From Oopsacas minuta (taxonomy: Eukaryota; Animalia; Porifera), in the NCBI GenBank assembly GCA_024704765.1, contig JAKMXF010000352.1, forward strand, positions 1 to 64,000: a DNA stretch of 64,000 nt. The letters run 5' to 3'. The notes beneath the pieces are model-generated. The model saw only the letters and a program-made list of their open reading frames with translations, did no database searches and was not told the DNA's origin. Of this stretch, positions 37,916-51,855 are shown in pieces; within the stretch, counting starts at the first letter, position 1; each line of letters begins with the position of its first letter. The position numbers and the translations under genes are program-made.

Positions 37916-40900
37916 ATATAGAAATTCTGGTAAATTACGAGTTAGGATGAGTTTGTACTATCTACTAAATTAATAATGAAAAAGGTCACATCATCATTTT
38001 TGAGAGGATTTCAATGTATGTATAATTAATTTAGAAATCAGCATGTTCACCATAATTCCTTCAATGTTATTGAGAGTAATCAATATATTGATATCATTAT
38101 ATTCTTTTATGATTATCCCTTCTATCTGTATATTTAAGTGTTGTAACAGTTTTTTAAGTTTAGTATTCTATTTCAGGATACCAAGAATTGCTTTTGATTA
38201 TGTATAATATAGAAAATATGGGTATTGTACAATACCATTGGTAGGATAATTATTCTAAGCTGTATGTAGTTAATAATTATGAGAAAAGAATATACCCAGT
38301 TTGTACTTAAAGTGTTTATAATATAATTCTTTGGAATAGTACTTCGTTCCAAATCGTCTCATGATAATAATCTTTTTCCAATAAAGGAGATACATGTTTA
38401 CAATTCAGTGTGGTGTTAACTGGAAAATTGTAAATTATATATGTAGATTTATCAAAGTATAATCTAAGAAAGGCACTTACCAAATATTCTCATCTGTTCT
38501 TCCTCAGTTGTTTACAAATTGTTTTGTTGGTTACTCGTGTGTTTACTACGTATGAAATTTATATCTATCATTAGTTTGATCCAAAGTAGGTAGTTGAAGT
38601 TGTAAAAGTTTCCATCATGCGACACAAATTATTCCATATTGGGAGATTACAGAAATAATTTTGTCGCAAACGGAGGTGCCAAAATTCTCAGGTAATCGGA
38701 TTCCATAATATATACAACATAAAATAGAGTTGATAGAAATGAAACAGTCCTGTACTGTTTTGAAGCTGATGAACATATCACTCAGCTTTTGACCGCTATG
38801 CACATGGTTGCATCGTGTTGGAATCAGTATTTGTTGTGTATGAATACCCGTCAAATCTCCAATAGGTATGATCATCATCATGCTTAGCATTGAAGACTAA
38901 TACATTTATATACGCTTGGGTCCTAAATAGTTAAATCTACTGTAATTCCCTTTCGGCCTGCAATTATATCCAGTTCATATAGGTAGTCATAGAATTCCTG
39001 CTCAAACGTAAATGCCGACATCTGCATTACGTTTATTATTTGTCCTTGGTCATCACAAATTATTCCAAATAAAATAATTATCAATTGGTTGTACAATATC
39101 TCTGTACCGGAAATAATATAAAGAGGGCCGGGTATAAGCAATTGCCGTCACATATTACTCAGATAAGTTACTATTTCGTCCAAAAACTGTGATAAACTAA
39201 GAGTTATGGACACATAGCACGGTATTTTTGAAAAGTTTTTAAGAGGAGCTAGTCAATATTTCATGAATTAGAGAAGCAATGGTTTGAACTAAGTGCATAA
39301 CATATAAATTATGTACTTTGCTGGTAAGTATCTTTTAATTACTAACACATAATTGATAATATTGCCGTGAGTGATGAATTCTAATCAATATATTATTGTA
39401 TAACACCTATAAATTCATAATATGGTCGCAAGCACTGAATTCTAACTTCTGTTGAATATACTTTTTCCCACAAGAAAATGATAGTATCTTATGAGAAATA
39501 GACTCGTAGAAGCCAATCTCTTATATCTGATGAAAATGGCATTGGAATCGCCTGATACCTTGTCAAATGAAGAACTTGAACAGATAGTGAATGTTTGGAC
39601 TAGAAATCCAAGAAGAATTATTGTTTGATAATCATACCATTTCATTCATTGATTTTATCAAATTTCAAAAATAATAAAAATTTACTAGTGAAATTTGGCT
39701 ATAGCTCAGGGGGGGCGCGAAACTCTTTACAGGGACTGCATTTTGCCCCCTCAAATCATCTAGACAAACCTTGAGCAAATAATTTTCAGGATTTCAAAGT
39801 CTACTAAAATCAATCATTCCTGAATGTTTGTTACGTAGCTGTAATACCATACTTGCCAACCTGAATGAAAAAAGCGGGACATCATAGGATCGCCGAGGTA
39901 GTATAATTGTTTTAAACTGGACTAAAAAAAGTGGAATAATTATGATATTAATTTTGACCGCCATTAGCCTCATTAGCCCTAACTAATACGTCCGAAAAAT
40001 CTTCACATCCCGCAAAATAGGGACAGTTGGCAAGCAATCCATAGGTTGTACAAATTTAACCTTAAGAATCAAAAGGGTGCTGGACACTGCAAAGTGGTGC
40101 CTTGATCAGATATTGAGCTTGTCGTAAGTATTAACTATCTTCATGAGCACTGTCGACAACAGAAAATTCGAATTATCAGATAAAACAATGATTCTAATTT
40201 ACTGTTATTCGAATTAATGAAAATTAACTGTAGTCAACTGTAACTTAATGATTGTAGGCACAACAGCTAAATTCTAGCTGTTAACAGCAACAAGCTGTTT
40301 CCATCTTTGTTGATCCAAATATAATATTATTAACAGAAACTAGGTATTGTCGTTGTTTAGGACTAAATGTATTAATGTGGTTTACATTAACACATTTATA
40401 TCGAAATAATACAAGAAAAGAAACTCGCTTTCTATGGTTATCTTTGGCAACGGGGTACTGTGATAAGAAATATAATATTATGAACAGCTTATTGGGAATT
40501 CTTATTGTTGTATGTTTGTAGGTAGTATACAATATTTATATATGTGAGCATAGAAGAAAGGTAAATACACAATAGAAAACGGATTTAGTTACTTAGTTAT
40601 CTTTGACATCGAACTATTTTAGTTTTAGTTTGAGAGAAATTAATTGTTTGAATATGTGCAAAGACGAAGGAGTACAGTTGAATATGTGTGAAGTGAGAGA
40701 ATAGTAGGTTTACGAGCTCTGTTGGCTGATAATGAATAAATCTACGAAATTCTGGCAAAGGGAATTCAACACAACTAAATATTTAACTACATTTACTTAC
40801 TGGCTATACGAAAAACAACATTGTACTAAAATAGATTTTAACACGGTAGATATAATAAAACTTTTAAAGAAAACTGAAAACACTTGGTTTCAGAAGAGCT

Positions 40901-41019
40901 AATGAAATATTAACTCTCTATTTTACATTTTTGAATATACTCTCAGTGTTGTAATATATTTGGTATGATAGATATTACAAAATGTATCATATTTGCTTTT
41001 TAATAATTCCTAAGAAAAC

Positions 41020-41725
41020 AACCTCTAGACGGTTTAGTTACCGAGATGGCTTTTTTGAAATGGCTGAGGAATATCAAATATTGTTGAGATTATGTGTAAA
41101 GTTGGCCACGACATACCAGTTGAGTGTACAGCCGTTACATATCTCATAGTAACTTAATTCATGTCTCCGGGTGTAAAAGGTACGTTCACAAAGGTATGGT
41201 GGCTAGGTATGTAGAGAGGAGGGGTGTATGTAGGGGGAGCAGCGCTCCTCCAAGACAAATTCAAGAGGGAGCGCCGCGCCCCACTACAAATTCAGGAGGG
41301 AGAGGCGTTCGCTCACTTTAACTTGATTATTGTTATTATATTATAAGAAAGGTAGATTAAGTTTTCCAGAGTTGCCCTTCTTTCGTACTTTCGTACTCTA
41401 GTCAACTCCGCTTAATGGGATATCATTGGCACCGTGCCATTTCCAACCTAATAAATAGGTTAAACTTGTTGGCGCGTCCTTCGGAATTTTTAACATTGCA
41501 CTGCATTGTTTTGGCAAAGTGATTTTACATATTCTGGACCATTATAACAACGGTGCAATTGGTTTATATTACTTGTGGATTACAGAATGGTCGTTAATTG
41601 GAAAATACCTTTGTTTTAACATTTTATGAGTAATATGTTCTTGCCCCACTAGAAATTTGAGCACTACACCCTGGTTGAGAGCGTGTGAGGAAGGAAGAGT
41701 AGCATGTCTTTATGACATCTATCAC
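41020..41725. repeat. Dispersed copy of the Kolobok-like subterminal sequence (homolog of 55965-56215), split by a MITE
   Basis: Shared blocks CTCTAGACGG..GCCACGACATACCAGTTG..CCGGGTGTAAAAGG..CTTTATGACATCTATC; interrupted at 41219-41673. Confidence 0.75.
41219..41673. mobile_element. 455-bp hAT-type MITE
   Basis: 8-bp TSD GTAGAGAG/GTTGAGAG; ends (G)AGGGGTGTA / CAGGGTGTA (rc); removing it rejoins the sequence seen intact at 56150-56210. Confidence 0.7.
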
Positions 41726-44700
41726 ATTTGACTCTGAAGAAGGCTAGTCAGCCGTGGGTCAACTTTCCTCATTTATGGAAAGCTTGCTAATAGAATCGTT
41801 GACAAATGGTATATGTGGATCTTTCATTCATTCTCCTTGAGCTGAACATAGAAATACAGGTTTTTGAACAGTTCCCTGGTAGTACATTTGAACTTCTATA
41901 ATTAGGAAGGTGGGGCCGTCGAATCTCGTAACCCCATCCCAATTTGAAACGTCAATTGCAAATGTCCTTGAACGAGAAATATATGAGTATGGTCACTCCC
42001 TCCAAACGTTTTTCTATGATATTGGATGAATATACTATGGCCTAAGGTTGTAGGTCGAAAAAAAACATTTGGAAGAAATAACTTTTCGATGAAATTGTTT
42101 ACCCATTCCCAAGTCGCGAGGTTGTTTCTACGGAAATGAAGAAAGGTGGACAAAAATTACCTCCGCTTATAGGGGCTGCACTGTATCCTGGATTCAGCAA
42201 TATAGCCTCTGCGCGGGAGAACTTTCGTGTGAATTTGAGTCTTTGCTTTGGAAATTTCAGTTTCTGATAAAGTTAAGTTAGTGGTTCATTCCGATCTTAA
42301 GGAGGTATATTTTGTCTATATTTGAATTATGTGATGAGTCACAGCTGGAATTGAAATCGCCAGGCACTGTAGAGTTTTCTCTAATGAACATGATTCATTT
42401 GATGTCATCATAGACAGTGCTAGTTTCGACCAATTACATATATCTTGGGAAAGCACAAAAGGGTTTACTCAGGGTATATCGTAGGGCTGGGAAGTGGAAC
42501 ATGCTCACAGGGATCTAAAACAATATCCACAAGGGCACAAGACATGGTAACAATCGACTGAACATACTCACCCCAATAGGGTGAGTACATGCTTACAATA
42601 TAATTGAAAAGATGTTCCCAAGGGAATGAGAACATGGTCACAAAGGACTGAGAACACGTATTTTCGCAATAACGAACTAAATATTTGAGTTTGTAAAAAT
42701 ATAATCCTCTAAATCTTTCATATTCAGCCTATATCATTAGGCCATATTCTTGTAACTAAATGTCTGAATATACACGTGTTGGAAGAACTGGCTATACAAA
42801 TTGACTCAAAAAGTTACAGGAAATACGCATTTGAAATTATTGATGGGCAATAGGTGGTATGAGGAGTTCGCCATCCCAACCTCCCAACTTTAAGAGGTTA
42901 TAGTTTTTTGACATTTTTCAGTATATAATTGTTTGTTTTGATAATGTAGCGAGTTTTTTTATACTTCCCATGTGCACCCTTGAAGTTATTAACAAATTTC
43001 TGTCATTGATTGTCACATTGCAACAATTGTTTTCAAAATCCCAAAAACTCAGAAAGAATTATACTTACTTTATGCAGTGGTGGCGGAAGCACATTATTGT
43101 TAGGGGGCTTGTTGCCCAGGAAAAAAATCGGCCCCTCTACATTCAGAGCCCGGTTTCATATAAAATTCCTCTATGCAGATACAAATATTGTATCATATTA
43201 TCTTTCTAGTCAAATTCGTAATACGGAATTTTGTATATTGTTAGTTAAATTTACTGTTTTTATTGAGATTTCAATCAGGAATACTTGTTAATGATATTTC
43301 GAACGACATCCTGTTGACTACGTCATTTCCATTGAACATTATAGTAAGTGACTGTAAGTGCATTTTTCACATTTAACGTAAATACTGGTCTAGAACCAAT
43401 GTTTCTTTCTGAAAATGTGGGGTCTACTCTTGACTGTCAAAATCTCAAATTCAATTATTGTCAGGACGACAGATGAATTAATAGAATTTTGGTGAGTCTA
43501 TATTTTAATATTTGTATTTATCTGTCTCTCTGTGTGTCTATCTGTCTGTCTGTTTGTCCATTGCCAAGGATAGGATTTATGGAATGATGCACTGAATTCG
43601 AAATTCATAGTTCTGAGATTCATCATTTTCGAGACAATCAGAAAGTTAACATAATTCAATAAATTTGACTAAAGATATCGATTATGCTGAATCAGATCTT
43701 ACACTGTTAATTATTCATGTGATTTTTTGAAATTTTTGTGATTACAAGGAAAACCAGTTTCAAAAATAGTTTGGAAACTTTGTTTCAACTATTTTACCGA
43801 GGTACTGTGATTCCGAATTTCGCTGTTTCTTATCACGTTTAATTGATAGTACTCATAAAAATTCGCGGCACGAAGTGCAGAGTTACATGCGAACACATAG
43901 TGTGCCATGCCGCGCAGCGCGAGCAAAGCGAAGCTGCTCGTTATCATAACATACAATCTAAACAATACATTACTTCTGGGTTACAAATCGCATTATATTC
44001 GCAACAAATGAATAACAAGTATCACATAGGATGAGTAAATTACTATCGTGTTAATTACCACAATAGTAATACATTCCCCGTATCATCCATGGAAAATATA
44101 TTATTTGCATTTTATGCATTAAAATCCAGATCTATTAAAGAACAGTGCTTACATAAATCGCTGTGAGGCACCAGGATATCGAAGGAGTCAGGTTGGCTTT
44201 GCTATTGCTCTGGGTCCTGGACTTGCACATACATGAATATACATATTTTTGGGCGCACAATTATATCTGGCCGTAGGCATAGGCGGATTTGCATATAGGC
44301 TAATCCGACCCTGTATCTGAACAATTTCAATTATCCGAACACCTAAATACAAAGTGTATGACGAATGTTTTCAGAAAATCGAGGGTTTACATTTAGTAAA
44401 TGGTAGTTGGATAAGTATCATTAGTCAGATTTATCACAATAGACATTTTGTAGTATACATGAAATGGATACCAAGATAAGGCCCACTCGGCTGAAACACC
44501 TGAAACTTTTCTTCAGGGGGGCTACAGCCCCTGTAGCCCTAGTGATTCAACCGCCTAAGATTTAACGATGTTTGTTAAGGAATCACAATCTCATTTAGCA
44601 CTGAAATTCTCCGCAGTTTCATGTCACAATGTCTTTCCAAAATTCCATTTTCACAGAATACTATTTGATTTCTAAATATTGGATAAATTTTGTGTGCCTA

Positions 44701-46521
44701 TACACCAATTCAATGAAGTTATCGGTCTTTCTTTCAAAGATAGTTACCCGAGATTTCTTTATGTATCGATGGTTCGAAATACGCTTCTATTTATGATTGT
44801 CTCACAAATATTCAAATTTTGCTCCAGAACTTTGAGTTTGTATTTGTAGGTCATCACTAAATATGATTGGATTTGATATTTCTGTGGAGAATGTAGTTGA
44901 GTATTATGGTTGTAGTTTATAAAATATTATATAATGTGTTAGTTGGATCTATTAATTGCTCAGACTGCATGCTTCATTATTACATCGAAAAAATAATCTA
45001 GTGTCTAAATTATATATATATTAAAGTTATATAACTTTTTGTCATCCTACGTAACTATGTCGCATGTTTCACACCTTTTTGCTTTCTCGAATGTAGAAGG
45101 ACTCGAGACCCCAGTTGAAGCAAGTCTCTTAGTCACATAGACAAATATCTATCACTTTCGTGCAATACAAAAGCCAAAACCTGGAACACATCAGTATAAA
45201 GGTTAATCGGATTCCGAAAATAGTTTAGGCACGTCCGACTCAAGGTTAATTGATATTAGGATATTCACAATATCTAGTGATAACTAGTTTAGGAACATTC
45301 TCAAAAAGTTGATTGAATACTACGTGTCGAAATTCGAGTACCAAATACTTGCTTTTGCCTTATAATATCGTTGATTATATCAATCATTAAATCGTTTTCT
45401 TACTAAACCATGGAAATTTGCGTCCCATGTAGTTTCACAATAATCAGATTGAGTTACTCAAAAATTTCCATGATATTTCCAAGCGGTTTGAAATAATTTT
45501 CCCCTTGCTCAGAACCTAGACTGCATGATTATTTCTCCTCAAATTAGGAACATATATAGGAAAATTGTACAAATAATCAAGAATTCGGAAGAAAATATCG
45601 AAAAGTGCATAGACAACCAACAAACCATCACAAGTTAGTTGATATTGTAATCTAGACTTCTAGTAGATTAGAATATATAGGAAACCTGATCCTAGTTAAT
45701 ACTGTATATATAGTTGCGCATATTAGCATTATACCGTGTGAAGCAATAATAGTGTTCTATTTATGTCTGATGTTCTATATTAATTGTATATATCATAGAT
45801 GGAATTTATAGTTTGGAAATACCCTTGATCGCAGTAAAGGAATGTTTTCAATTCCTACATATAACCATGACGAATTTGTATTATAATTGAGTCCTATATC
45901 GGATACCAAAACCGTTCAGTATATTAGGATGCATGTTCTCAGTCCATTGTGAGCTTGTTTTCATTATATTTTGAGGCTGTTTTCAATCCCTTGTAAGCAT
46001 GTTCTCAGTTTATTGTGGGCTACTTTATATACTTAGCACAAAATTGATTATCAAGTAAAGTTATCGTCGATTTCCCTACTTATTGGGGTTGCTTTCATTT
46101 GTGTGACTTATAATTATCTCTAAAGTATGCTAATTCCTCACTCCCCGTTTATAAAGCTTCTTTTCTTTGGAAATCAATGAAGCTCGGGAAAAATTGACAA
46201 TGTTATAGAGGAAAATTTGAAAATTTGCTATTTCAAAACTGTATGACCAAATGACCGATATTTTAACGTAAACTTAATCAATTGTATCTCAATGACTAAC
46301 TACTCACTAAGTTGGAAGCGAATCAGAGTTTGTTGCTGAAATGACCTGGTGAATTTCCCGTGTATCTCCAAATGTAATGATCAGGCCTCATGAATTGATT
46401 GAACGTTGAGCCTTAGTTCATTACTAGCACCCAAACTGATGGCTGATTCCTTAGAAATTTATGGAATTCCAACCCTGCTATTAACCAATATTATTTTACC
46501 ATTGAATCAAATGTTGTAGAA

Positions 46522-48924
46522 ATGAATATTTCTTGGGTTGATCCAAATCCCGAATTGTATTTCTATAAGGACACTGATTTACTTCTTCCCACGTCTCTCC
46601 TATCCCAAATTCGTGCTCAATTTAGTTGTTTATTTCTTAACAATCCTCCCAAGACTGATTCTTCGCATCCTTCAGATATTGATGTCAATTTTCTCACCCC
46701 TAAAGTATCATTTCACCTTGAGGAAACTACATTTCAGGCCTTTAATAGAACTTCCCTAAATGCAAATAATTGGAATCTATATCGAATTGTATGTACACCA
46801 GATTTTGAGTACTCTTTTCACAGGTCTTCTATCCGTCATAAAGGATCCACCTTTAGTTTATTTGGGTTTTCCTTGTTTTCACATATAGTATTACAAGATA
46901 TTCCATATTATGCTTTCGATTGTACTTCTGATGCTATTGTAACTATTGAAAAGATTCAAAATCCCCCTCATTTCTCAATGGTGGATGTCGAATTGATTCA
47001 ATCCTGTTTGATCTTGAATATAATGGGTCTACCCAATTCTGTAATATTTAATTATTTCTTTATGTTCCCGTTATTTGTGCTATCTCCTGATGCAGATCAC
47101 TCAATCTGTCAGAGCGAAAATATTTATATACTTAGTCCTCATGAAGTACTGATAGGATTGCTAAATAATCTTGAAAATATTACATCATCAAGTTCCTGTA
47201 TTTTAAATGAACTTGTTTATAACTCCAATGTACTTCCAAAAGTGTTAAGAGTTGATCATATAGATTTAATTAATTCTACAATTATCAATACATCTCTTTC
47301 ATCAAGTATCCTTCGATCAAAATGTAATTTCAGATCTACATCTCAAACAATCCTGAATGATTGTAATGGAAGCGAGATTCAAACTCAAAATCGTTATCAT
47401 TTGCCTGAATATATACACGAATTATATTCCCATAAGCCATTTCATAGTTTGAAGACATATTTCGAATCTAATAGCTTCAAAATTTATGAGTACCAACACA
47501 CAGGTTTATTTCCTGATGTTTCTATACAAATAGCTGTTATTCTTCCATTAATTTATCACATTCGTTTACATTTATCTTTATCTCATCTTAAACATTATCT
47601 ATGCCTTAAAAATGTTAATTCATTACTCCTAGAATGCTGTTTAACTCATAGTTCATTCAAACGTAATATATCGAATCTAGGGATTCATCCAGCCTTATTT
47701 GCATTGATAATATCTAAAACAGGATTCGTTAATCGGAATGGCAACTATTGTATTTCTCTGTATTTCAAAATGAACAGAAAAAGATCACACCAATTGAGGA
47801 AGTTTCTTCATTCTAATAATGAAAGATTTGAATTTCTGGGAGATGCTGTCATAGAATATCTCACTACGGTGTCGTTATTTCACCTTCTTCCTAATGAGTC
47901 AGAGGGTTCCTTATCCATTTTTCGATCATCAATTGTCCAAAATTGTCATTTATTTCTTTTAGCTGACCACCTTTTTCTCAAAGAGTTCATTTTAATGGGC
48001 TACCCTACCCAATCAATTCCCAATAGTTGTAAGTTTAACAAGTTTACTGCTGATGCGTTAGAGGCTATTTTTGGGTTAATATTTATTGAGTATTCTTTAT
48101 CTGAATGCCAGAAACTTCTGGGAAGATTATTATGGGGCAATAATGTAAAATTGAATAATGTTTGGAATAATCTTCCTGAATATCCAGTGGTTACCTGGTC
48201 AAGACGTGTTGATCATTATTACAGTAGATGCTCTAATTCTGTATTCGATAACCTCAAACAATTCCAAGAAACGATATCAATTACTTTTTCACATATACAC
48301 CTATTAGCTAAGGCATTTACTCACCCTTCTGTGCCTTTCAACGTTAATTCATGTGGCTCGAATGGTACCCTTGAGTTTTTGGGCGATTCGATTCTTCAAT
48401 TACTTATTTCTAAGTATCTCTTCATACATGTCCCACGGAGCGAGGGTGTTTTAAGCAATATACGATCTTCAGTTGTTAATAATATCAATTTAATTAAGAT
48501 TGGAAAAGAATTAAATCTTCAATCATATATAATTTTACAACCTCATGAAGATATTCATAATTATATGATTGCTGATGTATTTGAGAGTTTAATTGCTGCA
48601 ATCTATCTTGATAAAGGTATGAAATATGCTGATACATTTTGTCAGAGTATCTTTTTCAAATCTCGAGTTTCTTTTGCAGCCACCAATCCCAAATTGAAAT
48701 TGCTCATATATTCCAAAAGATTTTTTCCGACTTCTTGTCTAGTTTACGAATCATTGACGATTGAAGGTCCAACTAATAATACTACTTTATCAATTGGGAT
48801 ATATTTTGGATCTCAATTGTTAGGTATTGGAAGCGGGACCACAAGGAAAGTTGCAGAAGCTAGGGCAGCAAATGAAGCGCTGAGAAACTTGAAATACATT
48901 CGACAATCATTATGTTGTAAATAA
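46522..48924 (+). CDS. DROSHA: Drosha (class 2 RNase III): platform/PAZ-like region, RIIIDa, RIIIDb and dsRBD in one exon
   Basis: FGFSLFSH (human EGFSMFAH); HTGLFPDV..LPLIYHIRLH (human KTGIRSDV..LPVLTHHIRYH); NNERFEFLGDAVIEY, ADALEA, TLEFLGDSILQL and ADVFES; C-terminal dsRBD GPTNN..GSGTTRKVAEARAA. The frame is open back to 46447 with a possible acceptor at 46453-54. Confidence 0.95.
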   Translation: MNISWVDPNPELYFYKDTDLLLPTSLLSQIRAQFSCLFLNNPPKTDSSHPSDIDVNFLTPKVSFHLEETTFQAFNRTSLNANNWNLYRIVCTPDFEYSFHRSSIRHKGSTFSLFGFSLFSHIVLQDIPYYAFDCTSDAIVTIEKIQNPPHFSMVDVELIQSCLILNIMGLPNSVIFNYFFMFPLFVLSPDADHSICQSENIYILSPHEVLIGLLNNLENITSSSSCILNELVYNSNVLPKVLRVDHIDLINSTIINTSLSSSILRSKCNFRSTSQTILNDCNGSEIQTQNRYHLPEYIHELYSHKPFHSLKTYFESNSFKIYEYQHTGLFPDVSIQIAVILPLIYHIRLHLSLSHLKHYLCLKNVNSLLLECCLTHSSFKRNISNLGIHPALFALIISKTGFVNRNGNYCISLYFKMNRKRSHQLRKFLHSNNERFEFLGDAVIEYLTTVSLFHLLPNESEGSLSIFRSSIVQNCHLFLLADHLFLKEFILMGYPTQSIPNSCKFNKFTADALEAIFGLIFIEYSLSECQKLLGRLLWGNNVKLNNVWNNLPEYPVVTWSRRVDHYYSRCSNSVFDNLKQFQETISITFSHIHLLAKAFTHPSVPFNVNSCGSNGTLEFLGDSILQLLISKYLFIHVPRSEGVLSNIRSSVVNNINLIKIGKELNLQSYIILQPHEDIHNYMIADVFESLIAAIYLDKGMKYADTFCQSIFFKSRVSFAATNPKLKLLIYSKRFFPTSCLVYESLTIEGPTNNTTLSIGIYFGSQLLGIGSGTTRKVAEARAANEALRNLKYIRQSLCCK

Positions 48925-49042
48925 ATATTTTTCATGATCCTAATCGAAATTTGTATAGGGTCCATCTAAGCGAGTCTCAAAAATTTCATCTCGTCGGTTA
49001 TGAAATGATGTTGGATTATACCCTATGAATGCCTAGATTATA

Positions 49043-49509
49043 CAGTGGAAGCCGTTTAATCGGGACAGCACAGGAGTCAAGGTCTTGTCCCGATTATCCT
49101 ATTATGATTTATTTAGGTATTCAAAACTAGTTTCCATGGTCTCAGATCATAACCAGACATATCTTATTACACTAATACTAAATCTTGATTATATAGGGAG
49201 TTAGCAAAGTCAATAATCTTAGTTTTTAAATTGCAATTGTATCGGTGTTGTATTGTTATGGTTTTAGAATATTAAAATTCCTAGTTTAAAAATAAACCAT
49301 ATTACAATGATTCTGAATAAATATACAAAGGTTTAATTGAGTTGAAATCCCAATTAAGCGAATATAATGTTCATATTTGGGTTAATTGAGATTAAAATCC
49401 CGATAAGCCGAATCGATGTCCCAATTATCCGGTGATTTTTCTATGTAAAAATCTGTTCTCAAATCGTTGTCCCGTTTAAGCGGATATCCCGATTAAGCGG
49501 CTTCCACTG
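49043..49509. mobile_element. Internally deleted copy (467 bp) of the CAGTGGAAGCCG non-autonomous family
   Basis: TIRs CAGTGGAAGCCG(C/T)TTAATCGGGA at both ends; TA TSD. Confidence 0.9.
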
Positions 49510-50015
49510 TACCTTGATACTTTATAGGTAAGAGCTGAATTTATTGTTAAATAATAGACTTCCAAATATTTATTCGAGTTAGTCGACAATCTATACTTCC
49601 CATTCACTATCATATCCTCTTTTAATATTGTATTTTTCGGATATATAACTTATTTGTTCTTCTTTTCTACTTCGTAGATACCTATTCACTAGCTAATAAT
49701 GAGTAGGCATAATACGTCACCTTTGTGAAAAAAGCTCAAATCACATTCCTTACCGACATAATTTTCATTAATGGGCCGTTTAAATTTAAAGGTTACTTAC
49801 TCTAACAACGTGCCCAATAAATAATCTGTATGCAAATTTTTGTATCAATCATTTGTGAGTGTCGGAATTAATTTTTACGTCCCTGTTTCCTACTAATTTG
49901 CAGGTGGAAGCTATCAATTTTCAGCCACAATACCGCTAAATTAAGAATAGCTAAATGATAAATATGACATCTATCCTTATTGGCTTTATTCATCGAATAT
50001 AGAATTACAATCTAT

Positions 50016-50348
50016 TCTAAGTTATATAATTCGCGTATAACGTATACTACTTATTAAACGTATACACATTATACGTTATTTATTTGAAGTTATCATACAT
50101 CTAGGTTAACCCCAAAATATGAGATTTTGACATAATTAGACTTGTATAAGTCACATTATTGTCAAGTATTTTAATTTGTTCCTATGCAAAGATTTCTCAC
50201 TGACAATTCGAGGACTACCCTTTCGATGCAAAATATTTATTGCAGAAATTAACCAAATAGAAGTTACGTCACAAAAATTGTAGATTGCACGTTTTATACG
50301 TATTATACGCAATACGTCTCCATTGAAAGACGTATTAAACAACTTAGA
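50016..50348. mobile_element. ~330-bp MITE-like repeat, copy A
   Basis: Direct homolog of 51556-51855; short inverted ends CTAAGTT.T.TAA; subterminal hairpin 50311-50336. Confidence 0.7.
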
Positions 50349-51555
50349 ATCTAGTAAAGAGAAATTGGTTAGAGTAAGCTCTTAGTCCCATTACTAGCCA
50401 ACATAATCTAATTTCAGATTTATTGGAATAACTATATTGTATAGATTGTATTTGATAGAGGATACAGACTTTTTATGATTGTCTTTTCGTGACAGATCCT
50501 TTCGTAAAAAGACTTCATGATATGGCCCTTTCATGACTGGATATTTCATGACAGATAGTAAATTGTGTGTACCACACATTTACCTATTGAATCCATCATC
50601 TCTTGGAAGACAGAAATTAATTATTTTAATCTCAATATCTGTTGATGAATGTTAATTTATTATATAATGTAAATGTATAATTCCAATTTTTGTAAGCTCT
50701 ATCATTAAGGATTCAGATAATAGATATTTGTACAATATTGATGTATAAAATATTTTCACATAAGATTTTGTCATTAGTTACAATTCAGTGATTAATGTTA
50801 ATGTAAAAATGTTATCTTACAGTTACCTTTATCAAAATTCCATTTAGTATTACAATTATTAAATGACTGATAATATCTATGGTCCGAAGCTAATCGTCGA
50901 TGTATCAAATTGACCACATGCATAAATTTGTAGTTTCAAATTTTTAAGGCTTGCAAGATAAATATTACCAATGTGGTTCAATAATATAAATCTGTGATGG
51001 ATACATTTCTATGAAGCTGATTATCCATCCATCGCTACAAAGGACCAATACTATTTATGGTTATATTCTAAATAGTGGATTGTTTCACCATCCCTAGAGA
51101 TAACGTATACTACTCCGTGGGAAATTTTAATAGTGCGGTTAATCCCACCATCCCTATCAATGTCTATTTTGTTTGTGTATATCTGAGATGAAGCAGTCAG
51201 GAATGGACCGGACCGGATCGATCGGTTTCATGTCGGTCTGGTCCATTTTTACTCGGGTGCGTTTTGCACGATCCGAATTCACGAGCTAACGGTCCGGTCA
51301 AATAAATTGCCGGACCGCTGCACCACTGGTGTCAGTATTTTTTTCCAAATTTTGAGTAACCTAATGTTTGAACTTGATTAGAGGTTGTTCCCCCCTCCCT
51401 ATGGTAACAAAATTATTACTGTATAGCTTTATCAAGAATTTTGCCAAATGGAAAAATTGATGGAGTAACTACTCTAGTAGGCATGGCAGAATGATCATTT
51501 GCTGGAAATTTTTCGCTGATTTCTCGGTCAACAAAGATAATAGAAACGTTGTAAT

Positions 51556-51855
51556 ACTAAGTTGTATAATACGTGTATAATTTGTAATACGTTATACGTC
51601 TAGGTTAACAACGAAAAAAATATGAGATTTTGACATTGTTAGACTTGTATAAGTTACTTTATTATCAAGTATTACATAATTTGGTCAACTATCCTGGGAT
51701 TACTCATGCACAATTCGAGGACTACTGTTTTGATGTTAATTATTTATCGCAGAAATCAGCCTAATAGGTGTTACGTCACCAAATTTGTAGATTGAATGTA
51801 TAATACGTATTATACGTAATAAGTCTCCATTGAAAGACTTATTACACAACTTAAA
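51556..51855. mobile_element. ~300-bp MITE-like repeat, copy B
   Basis: Homolog of 50016-50348 (shared TCTAGGTTAAC, ATATGAGATTTTGACA, ACAATTCGAGGACTAC); hairpin 51818-51843. Confidence 0.7.

Noticed and set aside
38560-39645. Chain of short minus-strand ORFs beginning with a signal-peptide-like sequence
   Set aside because: Could not be joined into a consistent spliced frame or matched to any family.
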